Shown here piece after piece: positions 11,021-21,657 of a stretch of 64,000 bases of DNA (the first letter of the stretch is position 1; every line of letters begins with the position of its first letter). The stretch comes from a virus (taxonomy: Duplodnaviria > Caudoviricetes), in the IMG/VR virus record IMGVR_UViG_2974638963_000001, positions 54,538 to 118,537 of that record, one strand, 5' to 3'. The notes below the pieces were generated by a model that was given only the letters and a program-made list of their open reading frames with translations, had not been told where the DNA came from and did not search any database. A program made the position numbers and the translations under genes.

Positions 11021-12538
11021 ATGTTTAACGTTCAAGCGGTTGTATTAAAACAACTATTAACCACGGATGATGCTGTACAAGTTACATTCGCACTAGCACG
11101 TCTACGAAAAGAACACTTTACTGATGCTTTTTCCTCAATCTACGTGGCTATCCAGAATTACTATAAGACAAGTGGAAAGATACCTACACTAGACAGCTTA
11201 CGATTATCGGCTAACAGAAATGTTAGGCTATCGCAAGCGTTAGCAGTTTTAGACATGCAAGAAGTGCCAGAGGTCGAGATTTCTGAATCTATAGACGTAC
11301 TGGAAACTGAGTTCGCTCAAGACTTGACACTAAAGCTGCTGGAAAGTGAGGTGCTTAACGATCTATATGCACTAGACAAGGATGCGCTAGTAGACAGACT
11401 TAATAGTCTTGCTATGCAAGTTGAGAATGAGGTCGGACAGAGTGGTGCAATTACTCAAGCATACGAAATCGAAATATTCAAAGAGAAAGGTGCTCCTAAG
11501 TTAGCAGTATCTCTAGGAATTAGTAATGAGTTCGAAATACATTCTGGCAGCTTACAGCGTACCGAAGTAATGTTTTTAGGTGGTTTTCGTGGTTCTGGTA
11601 AGTCTATTGTATGTTGTAACATGCAAGTGACCCAATATCAGCAGGGGAAAGTATCGCCATACTTCTCACTGGAGATGAAAGCACACGAGGTAATGGAGAG
11701 AAACCTAGCAATATTATCGGGAGTTTCAGCATCAAGCCTTAGACTTGGAAGATTAGCCCCTGAAGAAGTTCAGCAGCTATTGAAGACAAGAGCAAGCATG
11801 TTCCATGGTGGTCTTGACGAGTATCATAAATATGCAGCAAAATACACAATCAATGAGATGAGTGATGGATTCGAACTTGAGAAGCTACTAAGAACCGAGT
11901 TCGAGGAAATAACTCCAATGCCTATCATTCATGATCCTAAGTTGAGTATTGAACAACTGGGAGCAATAACTAGAGGATTAATTAGTGTTCATGGTGAAGA
12001 GAGTGTTGAGTTAGTAATTCTTGACTACTTAAACCAGGTTCGAGTTCATGGTACATCAGATATTCAGATGTATGATTGGATCCCTCAGATGGTTGTTGCT
12101 AAGCAATTCAAGACAACGTGTGGAGAATTAAACGTTGCTGGTGTATCTCCTTACCAAATGGATAAACATGGTAATGCTCGTATGTCACAAGGTATCCTAG
12201 ATTCCTGTGATATGGCGCTGACCTTGAACCCTGCTAAGAAACCGAAAGGTGCAGATGGTAAGAGAGACCCTATGGGTGCAATTGTTTTTGAAACAACTAA
12301 AGTACGTAGCATGGATGATATGATTCTAGCTCCAGGTATTAGTTGGGAAACGTTGAGAATCGACCCAGCAGTTAACTACACAAAAGAAGATTTATTAGTT
12401 AAGGGCTTAGAACTAGCGTTAGACTTTGACAAAAAGAGTGGCGACAAATCCGAAAGAAAAGGAAAGAAAACCCCTCCTAAGAAAGACCTAGATCCTAACA
12501 CAGCAGGAGGCCCACCAGCCGGAGCAACTGACCTATGA
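11021..12538 (+). CDS. D6: DnaB-like replicative helicase (D6)
   Basis: Walker A GFRGSGKS, FSLEM, ILDYLN motifs. Confidence 0.9.
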   Translation: MFNVQAVVLKQLLTTDDAVQVTFALARLRKEHFTDAFSSIYVAIQNYYKTSGKIPTLDSLRLSANRNVRLSQALAVLDMQEVPEVEISESIDVLETEFAQDLTLKLLESEVLNDLYALDKDALVDRLNSLAMQVENEVGQSGAITQAYEIEIFKEKGAPKLAVSLGISNEFEIHSGSLQRTEVMFLGGFRGSGKSIVCCNMQVTQYQQGKVSPYFSLEMKAHEVMERNLAILSGVSASSLRLGRLAPEEVQQLLKTRASMFHGGLDEYHKYAAKYTINEMSDGFELEKLLRTEFEEITPMPIIHDPKLSIEQLGAITRGLISVHGEESVELVILDYLNQVRVHGTSDIQMYDWIPQMVVAKQFKTTCGELNVAGVSPYQMDKHGNARMSQGILDSCDMALTLNPAKKPKGADGKRDPMGAIVFETTKVRSMDDMILAPGISWETLRIDPAVNYTKEDLLVKGLELALDFDKKSGDKSERKGKKTPPKKDLDPNTAGGPPAGATDL

Positions 12539-13413
12539 AAGTAGAAGATCTATTAACCGGTAAGGGAATTGAGTATACTAACGCAGGTGGTGATTTACTT
12601 ATCACCTGCCTTAATCCCCAACATATTGATGCATCACCGTCTTTACGTGTTGATCGTGAGACGGGGGTTATGCACTGTTTAGCCTGTGGATTTGGTAAAG
12701 GTATACCAAGTATTTTCCATTACTTTAATAAAGAATTGCCGCGCTCTCACGGTCGTCTAGCTAAGATACGTGGAATGATACGCGACTTTAACACACTAAA
12801 CCAAGATTTAGCAATACCAGAGAACTCTATTCCGTTTAAGGATGATTACCGAGGAATCTCTGGAGCCACATACGAGAAGTATTTTGCATTTCAACAACAA
12901 TCAGACTGGGAGAATAGAATAGTATTTCCTATTACGGATGCGATGGGTAAAAACAAAGCGTTTTTAGGAAGAACTCAGTTAGGCGATGCAAAACCAAAAT
13001 ATCTCGTGCGCCCATCTAACGTTCCACTTCCCCTGTTCCCTAGCCGTTACGGAGAGTCTGTCATAGTCCTCGTTGAGGGCTTGTTCGATATGCTCAACCT
13101 TGAAGATAAAGGTATGACTAATGTAGTCTGCTGTTTCGGTACACATCAGTTCTCGCCTAACAACATCAAGGAAAAATTCACAGCATTAGAAGTATCTGGA
13201 GTTAATACGGTAGTAATATTATTTGACAACGATGACTCAGGAAATAAATCAGCGGACTTCCTATTTAAGTTGATCCGCGATAAAACTGATATGACACCTA
13301 TAGTTGGAAATTTCTTAGTTCCATCTTCTAAAGACCCAGGCGATCTAACTGCGGAAGAAGTTGAATCATTAAGCTGGAAAATAAATAAACTACTTGCGGA
13401 AAAGTTCCAATAG
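12535..13413 (+). CDS. pri: DnaG-like DNA primase
   Basis: N-terminal CHC2-type zinc site, TOPRIM VEGLFD and FDNDDSG. Confidence 0.92.
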   Translation: MKVEDLLTGKGIEYTNAGGDLLITCLNPQHIDASPSLRVDRETGVMHCLACGFGKGIPSIFHYFNKELPRSHGRLAKIRGMIRDFNTLNQDLAIPENSIPFKDDYRGISGATYEKYFAFQQQSDWENRIVFPITDAMGKNKAFLGRTQLGDAKPKYLVRPSNVPLPLFPSRYGESVIVLVEGLFDMLNLEDKGMTNVVCCFGTHQFSPNNIKEKFTALEVSGVNTVVILFDNDDSGNKSADFLFKLIRDKTDMTPIVGNFLVPSSKDPGDLTAEEVESLSWKINKLLAEKFQ

Positions 13414-13422
13414 TGATATAAT
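13394..13422 (+). promoter_or_regulatory. sigma70-type promoter for the polymerase
   Basis: TTGCGG-17-TATAAT. Confidence 0.75.
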
Positions 13423-13485
13423 ATATTTTGTAAGTTGCAGAAGTAATATTTGAAATTATACTTACTTACCTAATAGGAGAAAACA

Positions 13486-15293
13486 TTGAGTTCACTAAAA
13501 ATTGCGGTGGTCGATAAATCACCATCTAGAGCTAACTATCAGAAGTCCTTAAATTTATGGGACTATGATGTTGAAGTATTTCATATGGCTCATGAAAGTT
13601 TTACCGGTCGTATGCTTAAGAAGCATATCACAATCGGTACACCAGATAATCCATTTAATCCAGACGACTTTGATTATGTAATTCTGGTAGGTGCAGAGCC
13701 GTTTAAACAATTCACAGGTAGAACTGGAGTTGTAGATTACACCGGTAAACTAACTGAGGGTCTAGATGGTAAACTAAAATATTTAGTTTGTATTAATCCA
13801 TCTCAAGTACACTTTAAGCCAGAAATGAAACCTGTTCTGGATAAAACTATAACTGACTTTGAACGTATCCTCAATGGTACGGCTAAGCCACCGAAGCCTG
13901 GTAATTATAAACCAATACAAGATACTGATGAGGCATATGAGTATCTCTGTATGATTCGCTCTATGTTACCTGCTGCTGTAGTTGCATTTGACTCCGAAAC
14001 ATCGGGTCTATATGCTAGAGATTGTTATGTATTAGGTTTGTCAATCTCACATCAAGAATATCAAGGTGTATACATTGATGCAGATAATATTGATGAACGT
14101 TGTGTTTATGTTCTTCAAGAAATCTTAGATCAGAAAGATCGTCCAATCGTATTCCATAACTTGAAGTTCGATATTCATATGTATGAGTATCACTTTGGGT
14201 TTAATTTTGAAAAAGCATTTGCAGAAGATCGTATGCACGATACAATGCTAATGCACTATGTACTAGACGAACGTCGTGGTACTCATGGTTTGAAATCTTT
14301 GGCTATGCAATTTACTGATATGGGTGACTATGACTTTGAACTCGATCAGTTCAAGAGTGAGTATTGCAGAGCACATGGTATTAAGAAAGAAGATTTCACA
14401 TATGATCTGATCCCCTTCGAGATCATGTGGCCCTATGCTGCCAAAGATACCGATGCTACCATTCGTTTATTCAACTTCTTCTATCCGAAGATCCAAGCAA
14501 ACGAAGCGTTTATGCGTTTATACCATGGTCTATTGATGCCAGGTTGTCGATTCTTGCAGCGTGTTGAAGATCGTGGAGTACCTATCAATAAAGATAGACT
14601 AGTAACAGCGCAAGAACTATTAACTGATAAGCTTAACGGCTTGACTCAAGAGTTGTACTCGTTCCCTGAAGTTATGGAGTATGAGGCAATTAAGGGGGCT
14701 AAATTCAACCCTAACTCTCCAGTTCAGTTACGTGAGTTACTATTTGATGTTCTAGGATTAGAACCTACAGGTAAGTTGACAGATACAGGTGCTATATCTA
14801 CAGATGCTGAGTCTCTAGAGAAGATTTCCTCACAACATCCAGTAGCTAAGATCCTACTTAATATTCGTAAGACAACCAAACTCTTGTCTACGTACATTGA
14901 GAAGCTGTTAATCAGTATAGATACTGATGGCTGTGTAAGAACAGGATTTAACTTACACATGACAACATCGGGTCGATTAAGTTCTTCTGGTAAGTTAAAC
15001 TTACAACAGTTACCTCGTGATGAGTCTATAATTAAAGCATGTATTACTGCTCCAGTTGGCTATAGGGTAGTTGCACATGACTTAACAACTGCTGAGATTT
15101 ACTATGCTGCCGTGTTATCTGGAGACAGAAACATGCAACAAGTGTTTATTAACATGCAGAATGACCCAGAACGTTATCCTGACTTCCACGCCAACATTGC
15201 CCACATGGTATTTGGTCTGGATTGTGAACCTAACCAAGTTAAGAATTTGTATCCTGCATTACGCCAGGCTGCTAAAGCAATCAGTTTCGGGAT
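13486..15293 (+). CDS. polA: Family A DNA polymerase, exon 1 (3'-5' exonuclease and polymerase N-part)
   Basis: DSETSG, FHNLKFD, YAAKD exonuclease motifs; TSGRLSS, DLTTAE; ends inside motif B (AKAISFG-AT). Confidence 0.93.
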
Positions 15294-16404
15294 TAACCTA
15301 TAAAGGTTCCGATCTAGAGTAATCTAGTCTCAACTGAATAAATAAAGAGAATAACTCGCTCAATTGTCGGGGACGCTAAGTCTAGAAGTAGATATGCCAA
15401 TCCGCAGCCAGAGTTCCTGGGGACAGGTTCAAATGGTTCAGAGACTGACAGAATATCTAGAACAGATATTGCTGCGATGGAGAAATCCATAATACGGCGA
15501 GATACCTATTTACACGATTACCTGTCTTTTGAACCCTACGGGCAGGAGATGATCATGGAAATAAATAAAGAAAATTACGATAATTTAAAAGCACAGAAGT
15601 TAACAAGAGGTAAGATAGCCGAAGTTTTTGGTATCCCTGAATGGAGACTAAAGAAACTAATAGCCAGAGAGGGTTGGGGGAGAAAGATACCCAAATACGA
15701 ATATAATAACTGCTTTATTCGTGACACTGCTGAAGCAGCTTACTGGTTAGGTTTCCTATTCGCAGATGGTTGTGTAGATCATAAAGGGCGAGTACGTCTA
15801 ATGTTGCAGGATGCCGATGAACGTCATATAGAGAAGTTCAGGTCTTTCGTAGGAGCAGAAGACTACACTATACAGCAGTGTTCAGGGTACACCAGAAAAG
15901 CCCTGGAGTTTACGTCTAAGGAAGCCTGCAAAGATCTCTCTATATTTGGTATCTTACCTAATAAGACTCTAAAGTCCATTATCCCAGACCAAGAAGTATT
16001 CGGGGAACACTTAAACTCCTTTTTACGGGGGCTATTTGACGGGGATGGTACTATATGTGAGTCGTTCTCTAATGCTAATTCCATAACTGCAACCCTGTAT
16101 ACAGGATTTGCTATAGCTAAGCAAAATATGGAATGGCTGGATAATGTGCTAACTAATATTGTAGGTGTATCGTATAAAGTATACGAAAAAGATAACATCT
16201 ATACAGTAACCCTAAATACTAATAAATCTATACGACTACTAGAGTATATGTATACTAATTCTACAGAAAGTACTCGTCTAGATAGAAAATACGAAATGTA
16301 TAACAACATAGTGCTACAGGGTAATCGTAAGACTAGGTAGTAACTAGTCAGAATAAATAGGTATAAGGTATAGTCCGCACCATATGAAAATATGGAATTA
16401 TGTG
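15294..16404 (+). mobile_element. Group I self-splicing intron in polA
   Basis: P1 with U.G pair (TCGGGAT pairing with GTTCCGA); core P AATTGTCGGGGA 15362, Q AATCCGCAGC 15399, R GTTCAGAGACTGA 15436, S AAGGTATAGTCC 16365; terminal G16404; splicing restores FG-I-LYGSG in frame (875 aa). Confidence 0.93.
15555..16340 (+). CDS. Intron-encoded double-motif LAGLIDADG homing endonuclease with N-terminal HTH-like segment
   Basis: AAYWLGFLFADG and SFLRGLFDGDG motifs, LDRKY tail; SD AGGAG at 15544; alternative starts 15477 and 15549. Confidence 0.88.
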   Translation: MEINKENYDNLKAQKLTRGKIAEVFGIPEWRLKKLIAREGWGRKIPKYEYNNCFIRDTAEAAYWLGFLFADGCVDHKGRVRLMLQDADERHIEKFRSFVGAEDYTIQQCSGYTRKALEFTSKEACKDLSIFGILPNKTLKSIIPDQEVFGEHLNSFLRGLFDGDGTICESFSNANSITATLYTGFAIAKQNMEWLDNVLTNIVGVSYKVYEKDNIYTVTLNTNKSIRLLEYMYTNSTESTRLDRKYEMYNNIVLQGNRKTR

Positions 16405-17224
16405 CTTATATGGGTCAGGTCCAAGCAAGGTTGCTGAGTCTGTTAACATGGCTCTGTTAGAGCAATCAATCAAAACTGGCGAACCGTACACACCATGTAC
16501 GAAAGATGATGCATTGGAGTATATCGAGACTTACTTCTCTAGCTTCCCACAATTACGTCGTTGGATTGAAGATTCTCACTCACAAATCGAACAGTTCGGT
16601 TTCATCTATTCTCACTTTGGTCGTAAACGTCGTTTACCTAACGTGACTTCTGATGATAAAGGTGTTCGTGCCGGTGAAGTTCGTTCAGGGTTTAACGCAA
16701 TCATTCAGGGTGCGTCTTCTGATTCCCTGTTACTAGGGGCTATCGATGCAGATAACGAGATCGAAAAACTGGGATTATCTGACGAAATGAAAATCATTAT
16801 GCTAGTACACGACTCTGTAGTTGCTATTGTGCGTGAAGATCTTGTTGATCAATATAACGAATTAATAGTTAGAAACATCCAGACAGACCGTGGTATTAGT
16901 ATCAAAGGTTGCCCAATTGGAGTAGGTCAAGACTCTGAGGACGGGGGTTCTGTTGACTACTCTTGTGGTAAGGTTAAAGGTCAACACCCAATGATCGCAG
17001 TGATTCAGGATGAAGAATATCTAAACAATCTTGTAAAAGAGATTGAAGCTGATATCGATCTTCAATACACTATGCACGTGTTGAAAGATAAAAAACATGC
17101 CGAGTATGACGAGATCAAGGCTGAACGTAAGTTGTTGTCTAAAGTAGCTCTAGACTGTGGAAATATTGAGGTTGAATTAAACTCAATTATTGAGAGCTTC
17201 TGCCCTCAAGTAGCGAGACTGTAG
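16405..17224 (+). CDS. polA: Family A DNA polymerase, exon 2
   Basis: LYGSG, GRKRRL, NAIIQG, motif C VHDS. Confidence 0.93.
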
Positions 17225-17226
17225 AA

Positions 17227-17721
17227 ATGATATTAGACCTACCTCTTTATGAGGTTAGGTCTTTCTTTCGTAAGTCCAAGGAAGGGAACTACACAGTTAT
17301 TCAGACTCACTACACAAAGTATGTGTTAGATGATGAGTCCTTACCTGGAAACTACTGGGAAAGACGACTAGCCTTACGATGCAATGAGAAATCATTACCT
17401 TATAAATTGTACCCACTTAAGAAGCGTATTAATTCGTTGAGCCAGCTGGCTAAGTCTAAGGCTGAGTTCTATATTAATTCACAAGGTAAGTTAATACGTC
17501 ACTCCAAAGAGAAATTCTATAATATTGAGGTACACAAAGTTTTAAGTTCGGTGCAGATATATAATGGAAAGTGGCAAAACTATATTAGGGAAGCCCCTTT
17601 TCCTTTCATTACCGACAGCCCTGCTAGCTATCTTAGCGTTATCAAAGCTAGAGGCTCTTTCTGGTTATTCGATGTACACGACTTCAAGCCAGAAGAACGC
17701 AGGTACAGGGTTAAATTATGA
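17227..17721 (+). CDS. Conserved T5-like hypothetical protein
   Basis: Synteny between pol and D10. Confidence 0.75.
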   Translation: MILDLPLYEVRSFFRKSKEGNYTVIQTHYTKYVLDDESLPGNYWERRLALRCNEKSLPYKLYPLKKRINSLSQLAKSKAEFYINSQGKLIRHSKEKFYNIEVHKVLSSVQIYNGKWQNYIREAPFPFITDSPASYLSVIKARGSFWLFDVHDFKPEERRYRVKL

Positions 17722-19094
17722 AAATTTCAATCGGAAATAAAGCATTCTTTATGCTGCGTGACCCCGATTTTTGGGATGAAATCCGTCCTAAGATGACGTA
17801 TGAGATTATGGATAGAAATACCCAGTATCCTAAAATCTACCAAAACTGTGGTAAGATTCGTACTGAAATGGTGTGGATTCCTATCACTCGTGTTGCTGAC
17901 GTGTTAAAGGGTATTGATTTAGAAATCACAGATAGACGTGTAGCACCAGAAGTAGAATTCCCTGACCCTTCCTTTGTACTGCGGGAAGACCAGACAGAGA
18001 TATTCGATAAGTTTATAGCTTCTACCGAAGACTGGTGCATTATAAATGGTAAGCCAGGATTTGGTAAAACTATCACTGCCTTAGCTATTGCACACTATCT
18101 AGGAGTGAAAACTTTGGTGGTAACTACTAATGTTAATATTAGAACACAATGGGAAGATGAGGTTCGTAAGTGGTTCGGTATTGAGCCTGGTGTTATAGGG
18201 TCTAGCAGATTTGAACTAGATTCTCCAATTGTTATTGGCAACATTCAGACATTGAGTAAGCACGGAGAACGGTTAGCTAAGGAATTTGGTCTGGTAATTG
18301 TAGATGAGATGCACCACTGTGTTGCAACTACATTTACTAAATTTCTAGAGTTTTCCTACGCCAAGTATCGTATAGGTTTATCCGGTACCCTAAAGCGTAA
18401 AGACGGTCTTAATGTAATGTTTCCAGATTACTTTGGTTACACTGTATTTTCACCTGCGGTAGCTAATACTCTAGACCCAACAATCTATAAGTTCCACCTA
18501 CCTGAAGTAGAACTATCTGGGAACAGGAATATACCTTGGGCACTTAGAGCCAACGACGTATATGAAAATCCGTTGTATAGGGCACATATTATCTCAAAGA
18601 CGTATATAATGTACAGAGAGGGACATAAGGTACTAGTAGTATCTGACCGAAGTGAGCTAATAGCACACATAGCCGAAAAGCTAGAAAGTGTTGGTACTAA
18701 GGTGCACCAAATCACGGGGCAAACTTCTATCGAGGATAGGAAGAGCATCTTACTAGAGATTGAAACTGACCCAACACCGTGCGTACTAGTAGCTGCTGTT
18801 GGTATATTCTCTGAGGGTGTTTCGTGCAACCCATTGTCATGCTTAGTGCATGCATGTATAATTGGAGATAATGAGTCTTTAATTGAGCAACTAGGTGGAC
18901 GTATTCAACGTATTGCGGAAGGTAAACTACCTCCTGTGATTCTAGATACTAGATTAGGAGGTGATGTTGCCCAAAGACAGGCTGCTACACGAACTCGTGT
19001 GTACAATCAGAACGGTTGGACATCCAGAGAAATGACTGAAAAGGTTTGGGACAAATACTTAAAAAAAGTACTTGATCAAAACCCGATTTCTTGA
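17718..19094 (+). CDS. D10: D10 SF2 helicase (UvsW-like)
   Basis: GKPGFGKT, DEMHH, SGT, QLGGRIQR. Confidence 0.92.
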   Translation: MKISIGNKAFFMLRDPDFWDEIRPKMTYEIMDRNTQYPKIYQNCGKIRTEMVWIPITRVADVLKGIDLEITDRRVAPEVEFPDPSFVLREDQTEIFDKFIASTEDWCIINGKPGFGKTITALAIAHYLGVKTLVVTTNVNIRTQWEDEVRKWFGIEPGVIGSSRFELDSPIVIGNIQTLSKHGERLAKEFGLVIVDEMHHCVATTFTKFLEFSYAKYRIGLSGTLKRKDGLNVMFPDYFGYTVFSPAVANTLDPTIYKFHLPEVELSGNRNIPWALRANDVYENPLYRAHIISKTYIMYREGHKVLVVSDRSELIAHIAEKLESVGTKVHQITGQTSIEDRKSILLEIETDPTPCVLVAAVGIFSEGVSCNPLSCLVHACIIGDNESLIEQLGGRIQRIAEGKLPPVILDTRLGGDVAQRQAATRTRVYNQNGWTSREMTEKVWDKYLKKVLDQNPIS

Positions 19095-19100
19095 TATAAT
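19072..19100 (+). promoter_or_regulatory. sigma70-type promoter
   Basis: TTGATC-17-TATAAT. Confidence 0.8.
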
Positions 19101-19125
19101 ATTTATATAAATTGATGAGGAAGAA

Positions 19126-19380
19126 ATGGAAAATCAAAATCAAAATCAAAACCAAATTATTACAATAGATACTGCCGATATTCAGGTAGGTCTGTCAATG
19201 ATCGAACAAGAACAATTGTTCATGTTTTTAGCCAAGTGTCGCGAGGCTAGACAGTATCGTGGTCAAACACCGTTACAAGGAATCTTTGTACGTGTTGAAG
19301 ACCCATCATTCGATGAAGTTGTTAAAACATACCAAAAGTGGCATCCAATGCCCGAAGATACTCAGAACACAGACAATTAA
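19126..19380 (+). CDS. Hypothetical protein with N-terminal NQ dipeptide repeat
   Basis: Own promoter, SD GAGG. Confidence 0.75.
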   Translation: MENQNQNQNQIITIDTADIQVGLSMIEQEQLFMFLAKCREARQYRGQTPLQGIFVRVEDPSFDEVVKTYQKWHPMPEDTQNTDN

Positions 19381-19393
19381 TTAAAAACTTTTC

Positions 19394-19422
19394 TTGCCTT
19401 GAGCTAGAATATTTGATATAAT
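19394..19422 (+). promoter_or_regulatory. sigma70-type promoter
   Basis: TTGCCT-17-TATAAT. Confidence 0.8.
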
Positions 19423-19447
19423 ATATCTTATGAAATCGAGGTAAGAA

Positions 19448-19822
19448 ATGTTACGATTTGATTACGAAAAGATTTACATATTATCATATGGACGATCTGA
19501 CCTAATAATTGAATATCTACGCAGATTGCGAGATGAACCAGAGGCTTGTGTAAGTCTATTAGGTAGTTCGTTCATTGTTAATTCATCAGTTATCCTAGAT
19601 AACCCGATGAAATATAATGCAAGAATCTTAGCAGAATATGTTGGATTACTTAGCATTAGAAACTACGCTGATTATCAATTGACCGGAGACACATCTTTGC
19701 CAATGATGTCAGTATACCCATGGATTCCACGAGAAATCGTAGAGTCAAACCCATTCGTTCAAATATCTATAGATACGTTAAAATTCAATAAAGAAGAGGA
19801 AAAATCATATGTCAGGAACTAA
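19448..19822 (+). CDS. Conserved T5-like hypothetical protein
   Basis: SD GAGG, synteny upstream of D11. Confidence 0.75.
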   Translation: MLRFDYEKIYILSYGRSDLIIEYLRRLRDEPEACVSLLGSSFIVNSSVILDNPMKYNARILAEYVGLLSIRNYADYQLTGDTSLPMMSVYPWIPREIVESNPFVQISIDTLKFNKEEEKSYVRN

Positions 19823-20627
19823 AGCTTGGGGTTCATTCAGCGGTAAAGCAGAAACTAGCAAACACGCATACTTATCATTAAATCAAAAAGGTGCTTTCAG
19901 CATCCGTATTGTCTCCGGTGTACTACCACGTTACGTTTACTGGATTGAGAATAAAAGTTTAGGTATTTCCGCATCTTTTGACTCATTCCGTTTCAATCGT
20001 TCTCAAGAGAAATTCAACAACAGCTTACCTGATCCAATTCAGGACATGCACATCACTCAGTTCAATAAGTTCTCCAAGAAAAGCGAAGAGATCAAATCTC
20101 GTCGTAACTACTTATGCTGGGTTTTAGACCGCCAAGACGGTAGCAAAATGAAGCTGATGGAACTTAAATCATCTTTAAACGATTCAATCAACGAAATGAT
20201 GGGTCAACTGTACGCAGATGGTCTAAAATCACCGATGATGATCGACCTAGAAATCACCCGTATCGGGGAAGGTAAAGATACTCGTTATTCTGTCAACATT
20301 GTTAAAGCTATGAAAGACTTAGCTAAACTGCAAGATCCTGCTTCTGATATTGCTCGTGCGATGTTAAAAGATTACGAAGTAATTGGTGAGCCAGTATATG
20401 ATGGTGATTCAATGGTTGCTTTTGAGAAAGTACCAGATTTAGCAACTGAATTCCCAGCTCCATACGACCCAACTCGTGATGATTCTATCGAAGCTGCTGC
20501 AGAAGCACAACGCCGTGAAGTTGAAGAGTTCTTAGCTAAAGTTAAGGACGACGGCAATCAAAATAAACCTGAAGAGTCAGCTCGTGCTAACGATTTAGGT
20601 GCTGGTGAAGCGGCTGCTGATCTGTAA
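19809..20627 (+). CDS. D11: D11 protein (putative ssDNA-binding protein)
   Basis: IRIVSGVLPRYVYW motif, acidic C-terminus, synteny. Confidence 0.8.
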   Translation: MSGTKAWGSFSGKAETSKHAYLSLNQKGAFSIRIVSGVLPRYVYWIENKSLGISASFDSFRFNRSQEKFNNSLPDPIQDMHITQFNKFSKKSEEIKSRRNYLCWVLDRQDGSKMKLMELKSSLNDSINEMMGQLYADGLKSPMMIDLEITRIGEGKDTRYSVNIVKAMKDLAKLQDPASDIARAMLKDYEVIGEPVYDGDSMVAFEKVPDLATEFPAPYDPTRDDSIEAAAEAQRREVEEFLAKVKDDGNQNKPEESARANDLGAGEAAADL

Positions 20628-20643
20628 TAGACAGCATAGAAAC

Positions 20644-20668
20644 GGGGCTTAATTGCCCCTTTCTTTTA
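20644..20668 (+). terminator. Putative terminator
   Basis: GGGGC-loop-GCCCC followed by T tract. Confidence 0.6.
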
Positions 20669-20679
20669 TCTTGATAATA

Positions 20680-21657
20680 ATGAAAATACTTTTTACCGCA
20701 GATATACATATTAAATTAGGTCAAAAAGACGTGCCTGTAGACTGGCAGCGTAATAGATACCTGATGTTAGCTCAAGAATTGAAAGAGTTGTACATTAAAC
20801 ACCAGTGCGATCTAATGATTATTGGTGGTGATATCTTTGACACTAATAAACCAACCTCAAAGGAAGTAGATCTTAACACTAGATTCTTTTCCACGCTAAA
20901 AGATTGTAATATCATCTTGTACACCGGTAATCACGAAATGCTAAGTAAGAAAGAATCTGCTTTAAGCAATTTTACTTCTACATACCTAGAAATTAGTGAT
21001 ACGTTCTACGTTGCTGATGATTGTTATAGATCTGCTGACTTCGATATTATAGACTATACAGAGTTGAAAGCTAAAACATGGAAACCTGCCAAGTCTAAAC
21101 TTTGTTTCACACATGTTAGAGGAGAAATTCCACCACACGTAACTCCGGAAATTGACCTACAAAAATTTGTTGATCATGGCTATGAATTAGTTATAGCTGG
21201 AGACCTCCATTCCTTTCAAAATAGCCAACATATTGGTTCAGTTCCACTCATGTACCCTGGCTCACCATTAAGTACTTCGTTTGCTAGATCAGAACCCAAA
21301 AATACGCATGGTGTATTTATTATTGATACAGATACTCTATCAGTAGATTGGGTAAGTACAGATCATCTACCTCAGTTAATTACAAAAACAATATCTGTAG
21401 GAGAAGAGATGGTCGCTGGAACGTATCACCACCTCATGTATGAAATTGAGGGTAACATCTTAGAGCTTAAGTCTGTAGAGAATAGTGAACTTCTGAAAAA
21501 GAAATTGAATAACTCCGTATCTACAGAAGCTAAACTGCAACTTAAAGATAAAACAGTGGGTGAAGAACTAGATACATTATGGCAGGAAGTATATGGGTTA
21601 GATACTAAGACAAGAGTCAGGTTGCACAAGCGTCTAGGGGATTATAAAATTGTCTAA
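20680..21657 (+). CDS. D12: D12 SbcD/Mre11-like recombination nuclease
   Basis: ADIH, GGDIFD, GNHE, AGDLH, YPGSP metallophosphoesterase motifs. Confidence 0.92.
   Translation: MKILFTADIHIKLGQKDVPVDWQRNRYLMLAQELKELYIKHQCDLMIIGGDIFDTNKPTSKEVDLNTRFFSTLKDCNIILYTGNHEMLSKKESALSNFTSTYLEISDTFYVADDCYRSADFDIIDYTELKAKTWKPAKSKLCFTHVRGEIPPHVTPEIDLQKFVDHGYELVIAGDLHSFQNSQHIGSVPLMYPGSPLSTSFARSEPKNTHGVFIIDTDTLSVDWVSTDHLPQLITKTISVGEEMVAGTYHHLMYEIEGNILELKSVENSELLKKKLNNSVSTEAKLQLKDKTVGEELDTLWQEVYGLDTKTRVRLHKRLGDYKIV

Noticed and set aside
15477-16340. Intein in the polymerase
   Set aside because: The endonuclease ORF is separated by stops and flanked by group I RNA core elements; no intein terminal motifs.
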